Shown here: in pieces, positions 1 to 11,469 of the stretch
Numbering within the stretch: the first letter of the stretch is position 1
Layout of the letters: each line of letters begins with the position of its first letter
NCBI GenBank assembly: GCA_947176435.1
Contig: CAMWQH010000001.1
Span: forward strand, 1 to 29,649
Direction: 5' to 3'
DNA from: an uncultured Mycoplasmataceae bacterium
Lineage (GTDB): Bacteria; Bacillota_I; Bacilli_A; Mycoplasmatales; Mycoplasmoidaceae
DNA: 29,649 nt
Notes under the pieces: generated by a model
Seen by the model: only the letters and a program-made list of their open reading frames with translations
Told to the model about the DNA's origin: nothing
The model's database searches: none
Made by a program: the position numbers and the translations under genes

Positions 1-3000
1 ATTAGAACAATATTTGTCCTTAAAAAAGATCAGTACGACTCTGAATCTAATGGACTAACAAAAGACATTAAAAATTTCTTAAAAATAAACATTAAATCAA
101 TAAAAGTCGTTAATAAATACATTGTCAAAAATGTAGATAATTTAACTTTTGAAAAATCATTAACTTCAGTTTTTAGCGAACCAATGGTTGATGATTTTTA
201 CATAGATGAAATTCCAAGTATCAAAAAATTTGAATCGTTTGCTATTGAATTTCTTCCTGGACAATTTGATGCTCGTGCAGAAGCTGCTAAACAATGTTTA
301 GTATTAATAAATAACAAATTAAACCCTGAAGTTAAATCAGCAAAAGTTTATTTAGTAAGTGGTAATGTGTCATCAACTGATTTAAATAAAATTAAATCGT
401 TCTTAATTAATCCTACAGATTCAAGAGAAACCGAAGTTTATTCAACTTCTTTTCCTACTCATAAAGAAAACAACACTAAAATTGAAACAATTGCTAAATT
501 TATTTCAATGGATAAAAAAGCATTATCTGAATTGCATTTATCATTAAGTCTTGCAATGTCTATCGAAGACCTAATGATGATTCAAGATTATTTTAAAAAA
601 GTAAAACGTAATCCTACATTAACAGAGATTAAAGTAATTGACACATATTGATCTGACCATTGTAGACATACTACCTTTGAAACAAAAATTAATAAAATTG
701 ATTTTGAAAAATCTGAATATGATGATTTGTTTAAATCTACATATAAAACATATTTAGATACTCGCAAAAAAGTTTATGGTGCAAAAGCTAAGACTAGAAA
801 AATTTGTTTAATGGATTTAGCTACTATTGCAGTTAAAAATTTAAAGAAATCTGGTGCATTAAGAAATTTGGATGAATCTGATGAAATAAATGCATGTTCA
901 ATTAACATTAATGTAAAAACAAAAAAAGGTGTAGAAAAATACATCTTGATGTTTAAAAACGAGACACATAATCACCCAACAGAAATCGAACCATTTGGTG
1001 GTGCCTCTACTTGTTTAGGCGGGGCAATCAGAGATCCTTTGTCTGGAAGAACATATGTTTATCAAGCCATGAGAGTTACAGGATCAGCAGATCCTACAAC
1101 CCAATTAGCTAAGAAACTTCCTGGTAAATTACCACAACGTACAATTACTATTAATGCAGCTAATGGATACAGCTCATATGGTAATCAGATTGGTTTAGCA
1201 ACTGGACAAGTAGATGAAATCTACCATCCTGGTTTTGTTGCTAAGCGTTTAGAAACTGGAGCTGTTGTAGCAGCTGCTCCTAAATCAAATATAGTTAGAC
1301 GCAAACCTAAAGTTGGTGATGTAATTATCTTATTAGGTGGAAGAACAGGAAAAGATGGTATTGGTGGTGCAACCGGTTCTTCTAAACAACATCAAAAAAC
1401 TTCTATGAATGAATGCGGTGCAGAAGTTCAAAAAGGCAACCCAGTAGAGGAAAGAAAAATTCAAAGATTGTTTAGAAACCCTGAGGCTTCTAAATTAATT
1501 GTTAAATGTAACGACTTTGGCGCTGGAGGTGTAAGTGTTGCTATTGGTGAACTTTGTGATGGATTAGAAATTGATTTAAACAAAGTTACAAAAAAATATG
1601 CTGGACTTAATGGTACAGAATTAGCAATTAGTGAATCACAAGAAAGAATGGCCGTTGTTGTAAGCAACAAAAATGCTAAAAAATTTATTGAATTAGCAGA
1701 CAAAGAAAATCTTGAAGCTACTATTGTTGCAAAAGTTACAAGTAATAATCGTTTAAAAATGAAATGAAACAACGATTGAATAGTTGATATCTCTCGTGAT
1801 TTTTTAAATACAAATGGTTTTACTCAATCCACTAACGTTGTTTTTAATAAACCTAATAAATTAGTTCAACCAAAAATATCTAGTTTAAAGGAAGCATGAT
1901 TGGAAATGTTAACTGATTTAAATTGTTGTTCAAAATTAGGTTTGCTTCAAAAATTTGACTCTACAATTGGTACTAACACAGTGTTAATGCCTTTAGGCGG
2001 ATTCAAACAATTAACACCGGCCGAAGGTATGGCTGCTAAAATTCCTTTATTTGGAAAAGAAACTAATACATGTTCTTTAATGGCTTATGGTTTTAATCCT
2101 TTCTTAGGTGATTTTAGTCCGTTCCATATGGCTTATTATTCAGTAATTGAATCAGTTTCAAAAATAGTTGCTATGGGTGGAGACTATAAAAATGTTTACT
2201 TAAGTTTCCAAGAATATTTTAGAAAACTTGGTAAAGATCCTAAAAGATGAGGATTGCCATTTGCTGCATTACTAGGTGCATTTAAAGCGCAAGAAGATTT
2301 AAAATTAGGTGCAATTGGTGGTAAAGACTCAATGTCAGGAAGTTATGAAAATTTAGATGTCCCTAATACTTTAATTTCTTTTGCTGTTTGTGTTGATGAA
2401 GCAAACAATATTATTTCTCCGGAATTCAAAAAAATAGATTCATCAATTGCTTATGTATATCCATTAAAGAAAAAAGACGGAACGCTAGATACTAAGTCAT
2501 TGATTAATACTTTTAGTCAATTAACAAAGTTAATTAAATCAAAGAAAATTATTTCAGCTTATTCATTAAAACAAAAAGGTATTGCTGAAGGTATTTCTAA
2601 AATGTGTTTAGGAAACTGAATTGGTGCTTCTATCAATGGTTTAAAAGATAATGAATTATTTCAAACGAACTATGGATCATTTATCTTAGAAATTCCTTCC
2701 AATATAAATGTAAATAATGAATTAAAATGTTTAAACTTTAAGGTTATTGGTAAAACAACTCAAAAATCACAAATTAAAGTTAATAAATTAACATTAAGTC
2801 TAGATGAAGTATTAAAAACAACAATTTCAAAATTAGAAGATATTTTCCCTTCAACTGTTGAAACTAAATCTAATTCGAATTTAAATATCAGACCTTATAA
2901 ATTTACTAAACATTCAATGTTTAGTAAGGTAGTTAAAAAACCTACTGTTGTAATTCCGGTATTCCCAGGAACTAACTGTGAATATGATAGTCAATTTGCT

Positions 3001-3741
3001 TTTGAAAAAGCTGGAGCTATTGTTAAACAAGTTTTAATTAGAAACAAAGATCAAAAATCTTTATTAGCTTCTATTAATGAATTAGCTAAAACTATCGATA
3101 AATCTCACATTATTTTTTTACCTGGAGGTTTCTCTGCAGGGGATGAACCAGATGGTTCTGCTAAATTTATAGTTAATGTTTTCCATAATGAAAAAGTTAA
3201 GAAAGCTACTATGGATTTAATTAAACGTAAGGGTTTAATTTTAGGTATCTGTAACGGTTTTCAAGCATTAATCAAATTAGGTCTTGTTCCATATGGAAAA
3301 ATTATTGATATGAATGAATCAATGCCAACTTTAACATTTAATAAAATTAGGCACCATATGTCTAGATTAATTAGAACAAAAGTTGTTTCTAATAAGTCTC
3401 CTTGAATGGCTGGTTTAGTTCCTGGGGATATTAGAACTAACGCTATTTCTCATGGTGAAGGTAACTTTGTTGCAAGTCATGAATTAATTCAAGAATTAAT
3501 TAACAACGGTCAAGTTGTTACACAATACGTTGATGAACAAGGCAACCCAACAATGAAAATGCCATTCAACCCTAACGGTTCTATGATGGCTATTGAAGCA
3601 ATCACAAATGCTGATGGTAGAATTATGGGTAAAATGGGTCACTCAGAAAGAATTGGTGAAAACTTATATCGTAATGTTCCTGGTGAATATGACCAAAAAA
3701 TCTTTGAGAGTGGAGTAAAATATTTTAGTAGAGGTAAATAA
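1..3741 (+). CDS. purL: Phosphoribosylformylglycinamidine synthase, large fused type (FGAM synthase plus C-terminal glutaminase); start lies just upstream of the window
   Basis: ORFs 184, 727, 1900, 2254, 2917 and 3406 are all in frame +1, separated only by TGA (649, 1765, 1777, 1897, 2248, 2617, 3403). Frame is open from base 1 to TAA 3739-3741. Motifs: W-SDHCRHTTF, FKNETHNHPTEIEPFGG, GGKDSMSG, PGTNCE, PGGFSAGDEPDG, GICNGFQ (catalytic Cys), MGHSE (His-Glu). Confidence 0.96.
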
Positions 3742-4190
3742 TGAGAGTCGCAATAATCTATGGATCTAAATCAGATGATCAAGTAATGGCTAATGCTATT
3801 AATTTATTAAAAGAATTTGGTGTAAGTTATGAAAGTTATATTCTATCAGCTCACCGTGTTCCTGAAAAATTAACTAAAACAATTAAAGATGTTGAAAACA
3901 AAGGTTGTGAAATCATTATTGCTGGTGCTGGTTTAGCTGCTCATTTACCAGGAGTAATTGCTAGCCAAACTTTATTACCAGTTATAGGTGTTCCTATCAA
4001 TGCACAATTAGGTGGATTAGATGCTTTATTTTCAATTGTTCAAATGCCTAAATCAATTCCTGTTGCAACAGTAGGAATCAACAATAGTTACAATGCCGCA
4101 ATGCTAGCAGTTCAAATGTTAGCCATTAAAGATTCTAAATTAAAAACTAAATTAAACAAATTTAGAATTGACATGAAGAAAAAATTTTAG
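3741..4190 (+). CDS. purE: N5-CAIR mutase / AIR carboxylase catalytic subunit
   Basis: GSKSD, SAHRVP, IAGAGLAAHLPG and QMPKSIPVATVG motifs; TAATG stop/start overlap with purL. Confidence 0.96.
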   Translation: MRVAIIYGSKSDDQVMANAINLLKEFGVSYESYILSAHRVPEKLTKTIKDVENKGCEIIIAGAGLAAHLPGVIASQTLLPVIGVPINAQLGGLDALFSIVQMPKSIPVATVGINNSYNAAMLAVQMLAIKDSKLKTKLNKFRIDMKKKF

Positions 4191-4218
4191 AAAAAAGCAA
4201 GATTACTCTTGCTTTTTT
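4191..4218. terminator. Bidirectional intrinsic terminator between purE and the convergent protease gene
   Basis: Perfect inverted repeat AAAAAAGCAAGA-ttac-TCTTGCTTTTTT, giving a U-tract on both strands. Confidence 0.85.
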
Positions 4219-4219
4219 A

Positions 4220-5230
4220 TTAACCTAATATTGATGCAGCTGCTGCGAAAAAGTCAGGATATTCTGTAGATCCGCCAGGAATCGAGAATAATGCAAAAGT
4301 TTTTTGGAACTCACTAGATTCTTCATATCCTGAACCACCTCAATATATACCTACTACTTCATAGTCTTCATTAATAACCATAGAACCTGAAGCACCACCG
4401 CCCATATATGTTAATGATTTTCATTCAGTAGTTCATTGATTTTGATAGGTTAAATAAGTTGGTGAAATGATATTAAGTGCTCGTTCTTCAAGTTTATCAA
4501 GATAATCAATTTCCTCACAAAAATAAGTATAGTCACAATCAGAACCAGGAGAAGAATCTGCTCACGGAAATCCTGCCATATACACTTTTGATTTAGAAGA
4601 CAAAGCCTGCTCATTAACATTTACAATGTTAGCACCTTTTAAATAATGACTATTAATATAGTCAATTTGGTCTTTAAAAGTTGAATTAGAACCCACATTA
4701 TAATATGCATTTGTTAAATCTACTTTAAAAGCACAAATATCCATATAAGCTGGTAAAGAAATATCACCAATTTGTACTTCACCAAAAGAAATAAAGGCAG
4801 GGGTTAAAGTAGTGAAAACATTGGAAGTTGTACTCTCATTAATTGCATAATCATAATAAAAATCAATTTTCTTATAACTATATTGGTCATACAGATTAGA
4901 AGCAAAACCTAACTTATGGGTTGTGTTTGATCGATTAAGAATTTCTTTAATTACTTCATAGACATGATAATTAGTAATAATCTCGTATGTATAATCATTA
5001 TCACTATACCTTTTATAAAATCAAGCAGTACCAAATGATGCGTATGCTTGACCTTGGTCTGTTATAGCATATGCACCAATTGACATTTCACGTTCACTAA
5101 TATATTTAAAATGATCATCATTAATAGGAACATAAGTACTAATTTGAATTGTGCAACTTGTTAAATTAAAACATGATGGTATTGTAATTGCAGCAAACAA
5201 TAAAAAAGGTTTAAAAAATTTCTTTTTCAT
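4220..5230 (-). CDS. Lipoprotein, trypsin-fold serine protease of the mycoplasma DUF31/MIP-like type (336 aa)
   Basis: ORFs 5021..5230 and 4562..4744 join through TGA, ending at TAA 4220-4222. Signal peptide with lipobox LTSC; motifs GTAWFY, ITNYHV (His), DICAFKVDL (Asp), YMAGFP, GGGASGSMV (Ser), VVGIYWGG. Confidence 0.8.
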
Positions 5231-5272
5231 AATATTTTTTAATTATTATATATTTACATTTTTTAAAAAAAA

Positions 5273-6931
5273 TTAACTAATTTGTTGATCAACTATTTGG
5301 AAGAAATCGTATGTTCCATATGTTGAATTATTTAATCTAAATAGTGCAAACTTTGGATAAAAAACATAAGAAGTTGATGTATCAGTTGTGCCTCCTCAGT
5401 ATATACCAACAGTTTGAAAATCTTCATTGATAACCATTGAACCAGAAGATCCACCTCCCAAAGCAAACGTTTCTTTTTCTGTCATTATACATTGATCTTG
5501 AAAAGTGTAATATGAAGAGTTAGAAAATACGTTTAAAGTTTCTCCTTCCAATTGCTCAACTTTGGTTTTTACTTGAGTTAAATATGTATATTGTCTCTGA
5601 TCTTCATATTGTTGAGAATTAGCTCATGGATAACCTGCAATATAAACATCATCATTATCTCCAGGAGAACCAAAATTGACAATTTGTTCTCCTTTTCCAT
5701 AATGGCTATTTATATAATCTAATTCATTTTTTAATTCATTAGTACCTTTAGTATATCCCTTAATAGATGCAAGATTTTCTCTATCATACAAATTTTGAAG
5801 GTCAACTTTAATTGCACACATATCCATGTATAAATCTTTTGTTCCTCCAGAACCATAATATGTCCCCAAATTTATGTTTATTGGATTTAACATTTGTTCA
5901 GTGAAATTAGTAACTACTTCAACATAATCAAAATAGTCACTTGAATATGGATTAGAAGAATCAGGGTTACCAAGAACCGCTAACATATGAAACTTTGTTG
6001 AAGTATTATATTCATCCATAATATTTTTAATTCCAACTCAAACGTGATAATTAGTGATGAATTCATAGCAGTGGTCACTATCTGTTAGTCTTTTATAAAA
6101 TCACATTGTTCCCGAAGATGCTGCACTTAATTTTGGAATACCAGAAGAAGCGTTAAGTCCAATAGCACTTACAGATAAAGTTCTTTGAGCAATGTAATCA
6201 TAATAATCTGAAGAAGACAATTTACCATCATTTATAGTATCTATACAAAAAGTTAAAAAAGAAGAAACAGTGGAATCATTTTTTGCAGTTGCACATAATT
6301 TAAATTCGTATGTGCCATAAGTTCCAATCTTGCTTCATTGAATTTTGTTACCAACAATTGCAACCTTCCCTAATGTTTCATCGTCTTTTATAGATCATTC
6401 AACATTTTGATCACATTCTTGTGGATAAACAGAAGCACTTAATGTTCAATCTAGTGTATGTATTTCTTCATCTTTATCGCAATAAATAGTAGTATTTTTG
6501 TTGTAGTTTATTGCAACATATTCTTGATCAACTGCACCTGATATTGTGTTAATTCAAAATTTTCTTGTGCTAGAAATAGATTGATCTTTTTGGGAACTCG
6601 CATGTAATCCAAAAGAATAAATACCTTCTGTACCTATTGGTTGTCAGGTTATTTTATTGTTGATAATTTGAACTTTATTAGTTTCATCGTTTATGATTGA
6701 TCAATCTATACCTTGGTCTGTAGCTAATGGGTAAATGGTTGCATTTAGAAGTCAACCAATAGTGTAATATTCATCTTTATTTGAATATATTGTATCTTTA
6801 CCGTAGTAATTTATTGAAAGATATTCTTGTTTATATTCAACAACAGAATTAGAGCAATTTGATAATAATGAAGTTGGGACAAATGTACAAGCGACTACCA
6901 ATAAAGTTTTAAACATTTTTTTTAATTTCAT
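5273..6931 (-). CDS. Lipoprotein with two ~100-aa Ig-like (BIg2-like) repeats followed by a DUF31/MIP-like serine protease domain (552 aa)
   Basis: ATG 6931 (RBS-like GAGGA upstream) reads open through TGA codons to TAA 5273-5275. Lipobox LSNC; motifs GTMWFY, ITNYHV, DMCAIKVDL, YIAGYP, GGGSSGSMV, VGIYWGG; clear paralogue of 4220..5230. Confidence 0.8.
6236..6829 (-). repeat. Two tandem ~101-codon intragenic repeats (Ig-like domains)
   Basis: QEYLSINY..W.LNATIYP..DQGIDWSI..NKITW..IG versus QEYVAINY..W.LSASVYP..DQNVEWSI..NKIQW..IG; period 303 nt (6829 vs 6526). Confidence 0.75.
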
Positions 6932-6942
6932 ATTTATTCCTC

Positions 6943-6974
6943 AAAAAAAGATATCGGTAAAAACCGATATCTTT
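6943..6974 (-). terminator. Intrinsic terminator of tuf
   Basis: AAAGATATCGGT-aaaa-ACCGATATCTTT hairpin, with a U-run on the minus strand just after the tuf stop. Confidence 0.85.
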
Positions 6975-6998
6975 ATTATAGATTTTTAATAAAAGAAA

Positions 6999-8183
6999 TT
7001 AAGCAATAATTTCAATTACGTTTCCAGCACCTACAGTTCTACCACCTTCACGAACTGAGAATTTAGAACCTTTTTCAACTGCGATTGGAGCAATTAATTC
7101 AACTGTTAATTCAGCATTATCACCAGGCATTACCATTTCTACACCTTCTTTTAGAGTAATAGAACCTGTAACGTCAGTAGTTCTGAAATAGAATTGAGGT
7201 CTGTATCCGTTGAAGAATGGAGTGTGACGACCACCTTCTTCTTTCTTTAAAGCATATACTTGAGCTTTAAATTTAGTATGAGGAGTAATTGAACCAGGTT
7301 TAGCTAATACTTGTCCACGTTCAACATCAGTCTTATCAACACCTCTTAATAAGATACCAGCATTATCACCAGCCATAGCTGAGTCTAATTGTTTTCTAAA
7401 CATTTCAATACCAGTAACAACTGATTTCTTTGTAGGTCTTAAACCAACAATTTCAACTTCTTCGTTCATGTTTACTTGTCCTCTTTCAACACGACCTGTA
7501 ACTACTGTACCACGACCAGTAATTGTGAAGATATCTTCGATTGGTAATAAGAATGGTTTATCAACATCTCTTTCTGGAGTTGGGATTCATTTATCAACAG
7601 CATCCATTAATTCTTGGATCTTTTGTTCTCATTCAGGTTTTCCTTGAAGAGCCATTAAAGCTGATCCACGAATAACCGGAGTGTTGTCTCCATCAAATCC
7701 GTAAGAAGTCAATAAATCACGAATTTCCATTTCTACTAATTCTTGAATTTCTGGGTCAGTAACCATATCACACTTGTTAATGAATACAACAATACGAGGG
7801 ACACCTACTTGTCTTGCTAATAGGATGTGTTCACGAGTTTGAGGCATTGCACCATCAGATGCAGCAACAACTAGGATACCACCATCCATTTGAGCAGCAC
7901 CAGTAATCATGTTCTTAACATAGTCGGCGTGTCCTGGACAATCTACGTGTGCATAGTGACGAGTCTTTGTTTGGTATTCAACGTGTGCAGTGTTAATAGT
8001 AATACCACGAGCTTTTTCTTCTGGAGCACTATCAATTTGTGCATAGTCTCTAGCTTCAGCTAAGTTTTGCTTTGCTAAATATGTACAGATAGCAGCTGTT
8101 AAAGTTGTTTTTCCGTGGTCAATGTGTCCGATAGTACCAATATTAACGTGTGGTTTACTTCTATCAAATTTTGCTTTTGCCAT
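6999..8183 (-). CDS. tuf: Elongation factor Tu (394 aa)
   Basis: [18 protein letters not shown] and GRTVGAG motifs; the two ORF-track pieces are in frame through TGA (KPE-W-EQK); AGGAG RBS upstream. Confidence 0.99.
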
Positions 8184-8191
8184 ATTTTTTT

Positions 8192-8277
8192 CTCCTATAT
8201 ATATTTAATATGTTAGTTTATTATACAAAATATTACAAATAATAAATAAATATTTAGTTAGTTTTTAATTTTATAAT
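8192..8277. promoter_or_regulatory. Divergent sigma70-type -10 boxes for tuf and the HIT gene, plus the tuf RBS
   Basis: TATAAT on minus strand at 8220-8225, TATAAT on plus strand at 8272-8277, AGGAG on minus strand at 8192-8196; -35 boxes not convincing. Confidence 0.45.
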
Positions 8278-8286
8278 CAAATCATT

Positions 8287-8691
8287 ATGAGTTGTATATT
8301 TTGTGACATAGTTTCTAAAAAGATTCCAGCATATGTAATTGCTGAAAATGATAATGCATTGGCTTTTCTTGACATTAACCCAATAAGTGATGGGCACACA
8401 GTAATCATTAGCAAGAAACATTATGCTAATTTAAGAGAATGTCCTGAAGAAGTTCTATCTGACATGATTAAATTAACTAAGATAGTGACTAATAAAATAG
8501 ACGATTCAAAGTTGAAACCTTGAGGATTTAATTATTTATCTAACGATCAAAAAATAGCAGGTCAGGAAATTATGCATATTCATTTTCATGTAATTCCAAA
8601 ATATGGAAAAAATGAAGGATTTACTTTTAAAATCGGCACTCACTATGTAGATGAAGTTAAAAAAATCTACACTATATTAAATAAAAAATAA
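8287..8691 (+). CDS. hinT: HIT family (histidine triad) nucleotide hydrolase (134 aa)
   Basis: CIFCDI, AFLDINP and GHTVII motifs; reading through TGA 8521 gives the HIHFH triad; TAA 8689-8691. Confidence 0.93.
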
Positions 8692-8693
8692 TT

Positions 8694-9926
8694 TTATTTT
8701 TTCAGCTCTTCTCAATACTTCTCTAGTTTTTGTTCATTAATAGAATATTTAGAAGGTTTGTAATATTTCTTGTTTCGTAATTCTTTAGGTAAATAATCTT
8801 GTTTAACTCAAGCGTTTTCGAAATCATGCGGATATTTATATCCTGTTCTTCCTAATTTGCTTGCAGATTTATATGATTGATCTTTTATATGGTTTGGAAC
8901 CGAATATGCTTTGCCACTTTGAACATCTTGTAATGCCGACATAATTGCCATATATGCAGAATTTGATTTTTGAGATAAGCAAATTTCAATAACAATTGTT
9001 GCAAAAATTTGTTTACATTCAGGAAATCCAACTTCTTTTGCAGCATGTACAGCATTTACAACTCTAGAGCATAGTTGCGGGTTGGCCATACCAACATCTT
9101 CATAACAACATGCAATGATTCTTCTACAGATTGATTCGATGTCTCCGGCTTGTAATAATCTTGCCAAATAATAAATTGCAGCGTCTGGATCACTACCTCT
9201 CATTGATTTGTGAAATGCAGATTGAAGATCATAATATTCATCGCCATAATCCGCTGCTACAACGTATGATTGTTGCATAACTTCTTTAAGAAGTTTATCT
9301 GTAATTTTTTTATCTTTATATAAGAAGTTTAATACATCAATTATGTTAATTGCGCTTCGAACGTCTCCGTTTGTTTGAATACATATTTTTTTAAGTATTT
9401 CATCAGGCAAAGTGATATCCAATTTATATCTTTTAAAAGTCTTTTTGAGACCATTAAATGTCTCATCAACTGAAACTGGTTGTAATTCTAAAATTTGACA
9501 TCTACTTCTAATTGCGGGGTTAATAACAAAATATGGATTTTCTGTTGTCGAAGCAAACATATAAATTGTTCCATTTTCTAAATATGGCAATAAGATGTCT
9601 TGCTTATCTTTGTTTAATCTGTGAATTTCTTCAAGAATTACAACATATCATCCTTTTGACGCTTTTGCTGTTTCAATTATTTGAATTAGTTTTTCTTTTT
9701 TATCAATAGATGCATTAAATACTTGATAAGGGACGCCTAAATCGTTTACTAATGCGTAACTTATTGAAGATTTACCAATTCCTGGATAACCATAAAGAAT
9801 TAAAGAGTAAAGCGTTTTATTCTTAACCATTTGAGTTATCAATGAATCTTTATTTAGCAAATGAGTTTGACCAATTACTTGATCAATGGATTTTGGTCTT
9901 AATATGTTAGATAGTAATTCTCTCAT
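8694..9926 (-). CDS. rarA: Replication-associated recombination AAA+ ATPase RarA/MgsA (410 aa)
   Basis: RPKSIDQVIGQ, GYPGIGKS (Walker A), EEIHRLNK, ASTTENPYF, HKSMRGSDPDAA and YKYPH motifs; joined through TGA at 9648 and 8808; TAA 8694-8696. Confidence 0.93.
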
Positions 9927-9932
9927 GATAGT

Positions 9933-10463
9933 TTATTTTAGTATTTTCTTTAGTTCACTGAACTTAATATTCATCATATTAAGTCTTTTAAAAAGTTGCT
10001 TATTATTACATTCAGAAATTCCAAAGTGATCTGTAACAGTTTTTCTTTTTTGTTTTGTATTTAAGTCAAGCTTTTGGTATTGTTCTATTGTTAGACAGTT
10101 GTTTGCCTTCTTAAAAGATTTTAGATTTTTAAATGCATCTAAGATTTGTTTGTCTGATGCTTCAGCTACTCCGGGTTTTTTAGTTCCCTTTGGTCTTTTG
10201 ATAAAAGCTTGCTCAAATGAATCTAATTCATTTTGAAGTTTTTTTCTTATTTTTTCTCCTGGACCATCTGGATCCAAAAATAAAACAATATCATTTGTTT
10301 TTGATGTTTTTTTTATCAAGTTTATTGTTTTTAAAGACAATCTAGAACCATTCGTTTCGATTGTCCTTACATTAAATAATTGTTTTAATCGTTGTGTGTC
10401 GGTTTTGCCTTCAACAACAACTATTTGTTTAATTGTTGGCTTACTTTTTACCTTTTGGTTCAT
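9933..10463 (-). CDS. rnmV: Ribonuclease M5 (Toprim, 5S rRNA maturase)
   Basis: IVVVEGKTD, FLDPDGPGEKIRK and GVAEAS motifs. ATG 10463 chosen; it overlaps the prs 3' end by 23 nt. Confidence 0.9.
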   Translation of the reverse strand: MNQKVKSKPTIKQIVVVEGKTDTQRLKQLFNVRTIETNGSRLSLKTINLIKKTSKTNDIVLFLDPDGPGEKIRKKLQNELDSFEQAFIKRPKGTKKPGVAEASDKQILDAFKNLKSFKKANNCLTIEQYQKLDLNTKQKRKTVTDHFGISECNNKQLFKRLNMMNIKFSELKKILK

Positions 10464-11427
10464 ATAAATCATAGATTTTTGATATTGAACCATCTTTAGA
10501 ATAATAAACTTCAATGATTTTTGCTAGATATTCACCTAAATCTACAACATGTAAGTTAGGAATATTAGATTCATAAACACTTTCAATTGAATTTGATAAA
10601 TAAATATCTGAAATTACTTCAGTGTTAACAGCATCAATTAATCTTTCAATAGCAGGTCCAGATAAAATACCATGTGTTGAAACAATGTTAATTGTTTTTG
10701 CACCTTTAGATTTTAAAACTTTACATGCTGCAACTATTGTTCCTGCAGTATCAATCATATCGTCAGCAATTAAACAATCTCTACCTTGAACATCACCAAG
10801 AATGTTTAAAATTTCAGCTTGATTTGGTTTAGGTCTTCTCTTATCAAGAATTGCTAACGGAGCACCTAAAGCAGTAGCAATTTTTCTAGCACGTTTAACA
10901 CCACCGTAATCCGGAGAAACAACAGTTAAATTTTCAACACTAATGTTTTTAATTGCTTGAGAAATTAATAACATTGTTGCTCTCAATGTATCTACAGGAA
11001 TATCAAAGAATCCTTGAGTTTGTTCACTATGAACATCAATGATAGCAACTCTTGTTGCTCCTGTTTTTTCTAACAATTTAGCTAATAATTTTGATGTAAT
11101 TGGTTCACGGCCTAGTGTTTTACGATCTTGTCTTGCATAAGCATAATAAGGAATGATTACGTTAATTTCTTTTGCAGATGCTCTTTTCAATGAATCAATA
11201 GCGATTAATAATTCCATAATTTTTTCATTAACTGGTTTTGATAATGATTGAACAACTGTAATCGCTCTATTTCTTACTGGCTGTTCAGGTCTAACCATAA
11301 TTTCTCCATCAGCAAATCTACTAGAGAAAGTTTTAATAGGTTTAACATTTAAATTTTTACAAATACTTTCAGTTATTTTCTTGGCACCAGATAGGCCCAT
11401 TACATAAATTTCTTTACTGTTTGACAT
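10441..11427 (-). CDS. prs: Ribose-phosphate pyrophosphokinase
   Basis: FADGEI, PYYAYARQDRK, VVSPDYGGVKRA, DKRR and DDMIDTAGT motifs; start taken at MSNSKE, with a TATAAT ~22 nt upstream. Confidence 0.97.
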   Translation of the reverse strand: MSNSKEIYVMGLSGAKKITESICKNLNVKPIKTFSSRFADGEIMVRPEQPVRNRAITVVQSLSKPVNEKIMELLIAIDSLKRASAKEINVIIPYYAYARQDRKTLGREPITSKLLAKLLEKTGATRVAIIDVHSEQTQGFFDIPVDTLRATMLLISQAIKNISVENLTVVSPDYGGVKRARKIATALGAPLAILDKRRPKPNQAEILNILGDVQGRDCLIADDMIDTAGTIVAACKVLKSKGAKTINIVSTHGILSGPAIERLIDAVNTEVISDIYLSNSIESVYESNIPNLHVVDLGEYLAKIIEVYYSKDGSISKIYDLYEPKGKK

Positions 11428-11469
11428 AATACAAATATTAATACTTAAATTATACATTTTCAATGTATA

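Noticed and set aside
5245-5272. T6/A8 homopolymer next to a -10 box as a phase-variation switch for the protease
   Set aside because: Runs this short are common in this AT-rich genome; there is no evidence of length variation without reads.
6999-8183. tuf not linked to rpsL-rpsG-fusA
   Set aside because: A stand-alone tuf is common in mycoplasmas.
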